This document shows, one piece after another, positions 20,284-24,000 of a stretch of DNA of 24,000 nucleotides. The position numbers were made by a program, and so were the translations under genes. The stretch spans positions 48,318 to 72,317 of the forward strand of contig NZ_BMDH01000006.1 of assembly GCF_014635685.1 (NCBI RefSeq), in the 5' to 3' direction. The DNA comes from Galliscardovia ingluviei (lineage in GTDB: Bacteria > Actinomycetota > Actinomycetes > Actinomycetales > Bifidobacteriaceae). The notes under the pieces were generated by a model. That model had not been told where the DNA came from, searched no databases, and was given only the letters and a program-made list of their open reading frames with translations. Every line of letters begins with the position of its first letter. The first letter of the stretch is position 1.

Positions 20284-22872
20284 ATGGCAAAATCAACCAA
20301 AAGTTTCATCGGCAGTATCAGCCGCAACGGGCTCATGAGAGCCTCCACCCCAGACAAACGTATATGGTTGTACGCTCGCGTACCCGCAGGCGGAGCGCTC
20401 CTCGAAGGCGCACAAGACAAGTCACGCGCACAAGCAGCCAGCACACTCGACTTATTCTTTGACGGACTCGCCAACCTCGTGCCACAAGCAGCAACACGAA
20501 ACCGCGACCTCATGCAATCTAAATACCGTGAGTTCCACCTCCTCACCGCAAGTATGCCCATCCACTACCAAATACCAGCCGCGCTGCGCGGCACAGAACT
20601 CGGCGTATGGTTATCCAAAAACTACAAGAACGAAAATATTCAACGCCAATTCACCGTTATAGGCGTACCCCTCATCAACAACGGGTTCGGCTTCGGTAGA
20701 CAGTACAAGCACGCCAGCCTCCTACGAAAAAGCCTCGTATGGACAAACCGCATGGCATATAGTATTAAAAACCACGCGCCACGCTTCGATGAATACGATG
20801 AGGACACGCACCGTATTGAACGCATCATGCTAGATGCTGGACTAGAACCATTCACCCGCATGGACAGGGACGAACGCGACCAGCTCATCCAACAAGTCAG
20901 CGGATTCTGGGTAAGTAACAATAATGTCACCGACCTGCCAATCATGGCGGAAAGCGACCATATTCACCTATTCGCAGACAGCCAGCATTGCGCCACCGCG
21001 GAACGGCTCTACGAACAACACGTAGACTGTAGAGACTGGAATATGCGCGGGCAAATGCCAGCAACCCTATGCACTGTAACCAACACCAGCTTCCACGGTG
21101 ACCCGATTATTAGCCCAGAAAACATGTGGGGGGCGCGCCTCATGACCGTGGCTACAGCGGGCGGCGCAAACGCCATCGCTGTGAGTGTGCGCGGGCGCGT
21201 AGAACCAGCACCAGTCACCGCGTCACAAATCCGCAAAAACGGGCAGAGTATCGACCAGAATACGCGCAAACGTGCTGAGCGTGGGCATGAAGCAACCGGC
21301 GAAATGATTGACACTCGCCGCGACATTGCCAGCGCGGAGGACATGTACACGATGAAAGATATGCCAGCCACGCTCATAGACTTGTCGTGCGTAGTGCTCG
21401 CAGACGGTGAATCACAAGACGCTACCGACAGTCTCCTCAGTATTGGTCAAATGGAGTTTGCTCCAGCGCCAACAGCTAACGAGCAGCTCATGCAGTTTAA
21501 GAGTATGCAAGTGTGCAGCCCCGTGCGTATTCCAAGCACACTGGAATGGTCAAGCACCATGGTTACGGGCGCAGGGTTCACCAGTTTCGCAGTCGCGGGA
21601 GACGCTAGTGGCGTATTCCTCGGCATGACCGAAGCGAACGAACAACCCGTGTACATTAGCCCAACCGCAGTGCAGGATGAAAGCAAAGCACCATTTTTTG
21701 TTATTGTCGGGCAAACCGGTAGCGGTAAAAGCATGGTGCTCGTGAACCTGATGCGACAGTTCGCTATGACTGTTTCCCGCACGGGAGGACGCACTTGCGC
21801 GATTCTCATCAACCCTAAGAGTGGTAATGATTTTGAAACCATCGCGGAGCATATCATCCGCATTGACAAGGATATTTCAGCAGGCACATTTGACCCGTTC
21901 AACGTGCTACTAAACATGAGTGAAGCTATTGAGCTTGCTGCCACTATCATTAACGACATTTTCCAATTCGGCGCAACCGACCAGATAGACGTGCAGTACA
22001 TGATTAGCTACGGTGCTCAGCATGGCGCGAAAACCACAGGTCAGGCGCTACGGTTCGCGGCGCAAGCGTACCAGAATCATGAGCAGGGAGCGAACCTTCC
22101 AGAAAGCACGTCACGCTTGTACGAGACTATTGTTCGCGCATGGGAATCCAGCCAGCAGCTCAGGCTCATTATCGGCATGAAACCTGTAGAAACACCGTTG
22201 CGTATCAGCGAGGGGCTTACGCTCATTAACGCTGGAGAACGCTCCCTCATCCCAGAAAAGGACGCGGCAAACACGGTGAGCGGGCGTATTAAACAGTGGG
22301 TGCTGCGCATGATTGTTACCGGCGCAGGATACTCGGTGCGCGGGCGTGACGGCGTGGTGGCGCTTGACGAGGCGTGGGTTGCTGTCAATGGTAGTAGCGG
22401 CACGGCAGCCACCTTGCAGGAGTGGGAGCGTATGGCTCGAAGCCAACGATTCCTGCCTATTCTCGCTAGTCAGAAGGTGAAAGAGTTCGTGGACGCGGGG
22501 CTCTCGGGTGGTATCAGTCGTGGTCTTATCTTGTCGTTGAAAGACCTTGAGGAAACTAACGGCATGGTGTCGGACGCGAAATCAGCGTTGCGCCTGTTCC
22601 ATATCAATGATGACCATGACCGTTTGCGTAGGCGTATGCCCCTTGACGCGGTGAAGAAGAATGGTGAAGCAAACTATCAGAGTATGAGAGCGTTCACTGA
22701 CCCGCATACGGGTCAGACGCGCGGCTCGGTTGCGTTTTTTATTGACGGTAACGAGCAGCCTGTTCCTGTGCGTATTGATATTAGTGCGGAAAGCCTCGCT
22801 TTGACGGGTACGAGCGCGCTTGAGAAGATTCGCCGTGAGCAAGCTCAAGGTGAGGTGGTGTCGCGTGGATAA
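20284..22872 (+). CDS. VirB4-like conjugative T4SS ATPase
   Basis: An 862-aa product with Walker A VGQTGSGKS, Walker B-like VVALDEAW, and the large N-terminal domain typical of VirB4/TrsE/TcpF-class proteins. It starts 1 nt after the nuclease stop. Confidence 0.75.
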   Translation: MAKSTKSFIGSISRNGLMRASTPDKRIWLYARVPAGGALLEGAQDKSRAQAASTLDLFFDGLANLVPQAATRNRDLMQSKYREFHLLTASMPIHYQIPAALRGTELGVWLSKNYKNENIQRQFTVIGVPLINNGFGFGRQYKHASLLRKSLVWTNRMAYSIKNHAPRFDEYDEDTHRIERIMLDAGLEPFTRMDRDERDQLIQQVSGFWVSNNNVTDLPIMAESDHIHLFADSQHCATAERLYEQHVDCRDWNMRGQMPATLCTVTNTSFHGDPIISPENMWGARLMTVATAGGANAIAVSVRGRVEPAPVTASQIRKNGQSIDQNTRKRAERGHEATGEMIDTRRDIASAEDMYTMKDMPATLIDLSCVVLADGESQDATDSLLSIGQMEFAPAPTANEQLMQFKSMQVCSPVRIPSTLEWSSTMVTGAGFTSFAVAGDASGVFLGMTEANEQPVYISPTAVQDESKAPFFVIVGQTGSGKSMVLVNLMRQFAMTVSRTGGRTCAILINPKSGNDFETIAEHIIRIDKDISAGTFDPFNVLLNMSEAIELAATIINDIFQFGATDQIDVQYMISYGAQHGAKTTGQALRFAAQAYQNHEQGANLPESTSRLYETIVRAWESSQQLRLIIGMKPVETPLRISEGLTLINAGERSLIPEKDAANTVSGRIKQWVLRMIVTGAGYSVRGRDGVVALDEAWVAVNGSSGTAATLQEWERMARSQRFLPILASQKVKEFVDAGLSGGISRGLILSLKDLEETNGMVSDAKSALRLFHINDDHDRLRRRMPLDAVKKNGEANYQSMRAFTDPHTGQTRGSVAFFIDGNEQPVPVRIDISAESLALTGTSALEKIRREQAQGEVVSRG

Positions 22873-23980
22873 GAATTGGAAGAATGTTGGTATTGCTGCC
22901 GGGCTGGCGGGCGTGATGCTGCTGCCTGTGCTTATGTTGGGTCAAGCTGCTGACGTGGTTGGTGCTGGTATTAGTGCCGCTACTGTGTCGCAGTCGGGCG
23001 GTAATACGGGGTTTTCATGGTGGCGTAATCACCGTAAATGTAGGCAGAATGATGCGAACGCTACTACGGGTAGTGTGATTGCAGTGGCGGACGGCAAGGG
23101 TAAAAACCCGTATCATGGGAAAACATGGGGTGAAATCACTTCTATGGTCACGGAGAAAACAGGAGATGCGGGCGCGTGCTCATCATACGATGTGGGACAG
23201 TGCACGTGGTGGGCGTGCATGAGATACCGTCTCGCCGGCATCACCGTAGACCCTTACATGGGTAACGGGCAAGACTGGGTAAACAGTGCGGTAAACAAGC
23301 TCGGCTGGGAGAAAGACAAGCTCGTAGTGGGTTCAGTTATTTCTAACCGTGCAGGAGCTCGCGTAGGCAGCTGGAACGCTGACCCAAAGTATGGGCATGT
23401 GATGGTGGTGGAAAGCATTGACGAAGCCACGAAAACTGTTATTGCTTCCAGTGGTGGTGCGGGATACGGTGGTGTTATTAGCACGGAAACCTTCCACTAT
23501 GACCCTCTACCTGAGGGCACTACGGTTGCCGCGCCAACCGCGAACGCGAAAAACGCTATCAGTGTTACCGGCACTCAAGATACGGGCACAGTCTGCGACA
23601 TGACGGACAGTTCAGGCGATACCACGCCAATAGCGGATAATCTCACCGTGGGAGACGGTTACCACGCTACAGCAGAAAAAGCTAAGGAGATTGCTCGCGC
23701 ACTCCTACCGAAAGTGTTCCCCGGAGCAACTGAGCAAGACTGGAAAGACCTAGAATGGTTATGGACTAAAGAATCTAGCTGGCGTTGGGATGCGGACAAT
23801 CCATCAAGTGACGCTTACGGTATCCCCCAAAGCCTACCCGGCGACAAAATGGCAGCGTATGGGGCTGACTGGCATGATAATGCGGCAACGCAAATCACGT
23901 GGGGGTTGCACTATATTCAAGAACGCTACGGTAGTATTGCTAACGCTCGTAGTTTTTGGGAAAACCACCACTGGTATTAA
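22865..23980 (+). CDS. conjugation-associated cell-wall hydrolase (N-terminal TM/signal, CHAP domain, C-terminal lytic-transglycosylase-like domain)
   Basis: GTG 22865 overlaps the upstream TAA (GTGGATAA), with GGTGAGGTGG upstream. The CHAP Cys/His residues are in GQCTWWACMRY and YGHVMVVESI. The C-terminus reads WTKESSWRWDADNPSSDAYGIPQSLPG. Confidence 0.8.
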   Translation: MDKNWKNVGIAAGLAGVMLLPVLMLGQAADVVGAGISAATVSQSGGNTGFSWWRNHRKCRQNDANATTGSVIAVADGKGKNPYHGKTWGEITSMVTEKTGDAGACSSYDVGQCTWWACMRYRLAGITVDPYMGNGQDWVNSAVNKLGWEKDKLVVGSVISNRAGARVGSWNADPKYGHVMVVESIDEATKTVIASSGGAGYGGVISTETFHYDPLPEGTTVAAPTANAKNAISVTGTQDTGTVCDMTDSSGDTTPIADNLTVGDGYHATAEKAKEIARALLPKVFPGATEQDWKDLEWLWTKESSWRWDADNPSSDAYGIPQSLPGDKMAAYGADWHDNAATQITWGLHYIQERYGSIANARSFWENHHWY

Positions 23981-24000
23981 CTGTGAGCAGCCATGCAAGC

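Noticed and set aside
624-22864. Longer N-terminal extensions offered by the ORF track at 624, 1136, 4417, 9020, 9348, 13820, 16669, 17913, 22820, and TTG 13570 for tnpB.
   Set aside because: In each case an internal start is preceded by a good AAGGAG-type RBS or forms an ATGA/GTGA overlap with the upstream stop. The extension would overlap the previous gene or a promoter or leader.
33-23484. Other long minus-strand or alternative-frame ORFs in the track. Examples are 599..1051, 3855..4241, 4189..4587, 8659..9090, 9333..9770, 15520..15870, 17798..18271, 19829..20296, 21447..22001, and the + strand alternative frames 131..361, 695..925, 19628..19819 and 19840..20091.
   Set aside because: All overlap better-supported + strand genes. 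They lack ribosome-binding sites and have low-complexity or Cys-rich shadow-frame composition typical of strongly skewed DNA.
1-24000. Search for rRNA, tRNA, retron, DGR or reverse-transcriptase signatures, and for oriT/relaxase.
   Set aside because: I found no cloverleaf-like or rRNA-like conserved segments, no RT motifs (YxDD) in any credible ORF, and no relaxase. oriT cannot be identified by eye here and probably lies outside the window.

Overview
This window looks like the accessory arm of a Gram-positive conjugative element (ICE or plasmid) running into the start of its type IV secretion module. The host is probably Actinomycetota. That guess is inference only, based on an LAxTG sorting signal, TANNNT-type -10 boxes and an apparently leaderless gene. 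From 1 to about 18.4 kb there are roughly 40 small, tightly packed + strand genes. Most have AAGGAG-type ribosome-binding sites and many have ATGA/GTGA overlaps. I recognise only a few: an ASCH-like protein, a DUF3310-like protein, a Bro-N/KilAC antirepressor-like protein and SSB. The others fall into at least six local paralogue families. The array is punctuated by one promoter-plus-leader cassette of about 95 nt that recurs at least 12 times with fixed internal spacing. A TnpB-only IS200/IS605-type element (12.3-13.6 kb, minus strand) has split one of the paralogues. A minus-strand hicAB toxin-antitoxin pair follows. After it come an LAxTG-anchored DUF1524-type nuclease, a VirB4-like ATPase and a CHAP plus lytic-transglycosylase cell-wall hydrolase. 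I saw no rRNA, tRNA or CRISPR array. The strongest candidates for something new are the repeated promoter cassette, the paralogue-rich small-gene array it drives (a possible establishment or anti-defence island), and the surface-anchored nuclease joined to the T4SS operon. All family names come from motifs I recognised by eye. No database search was possible.
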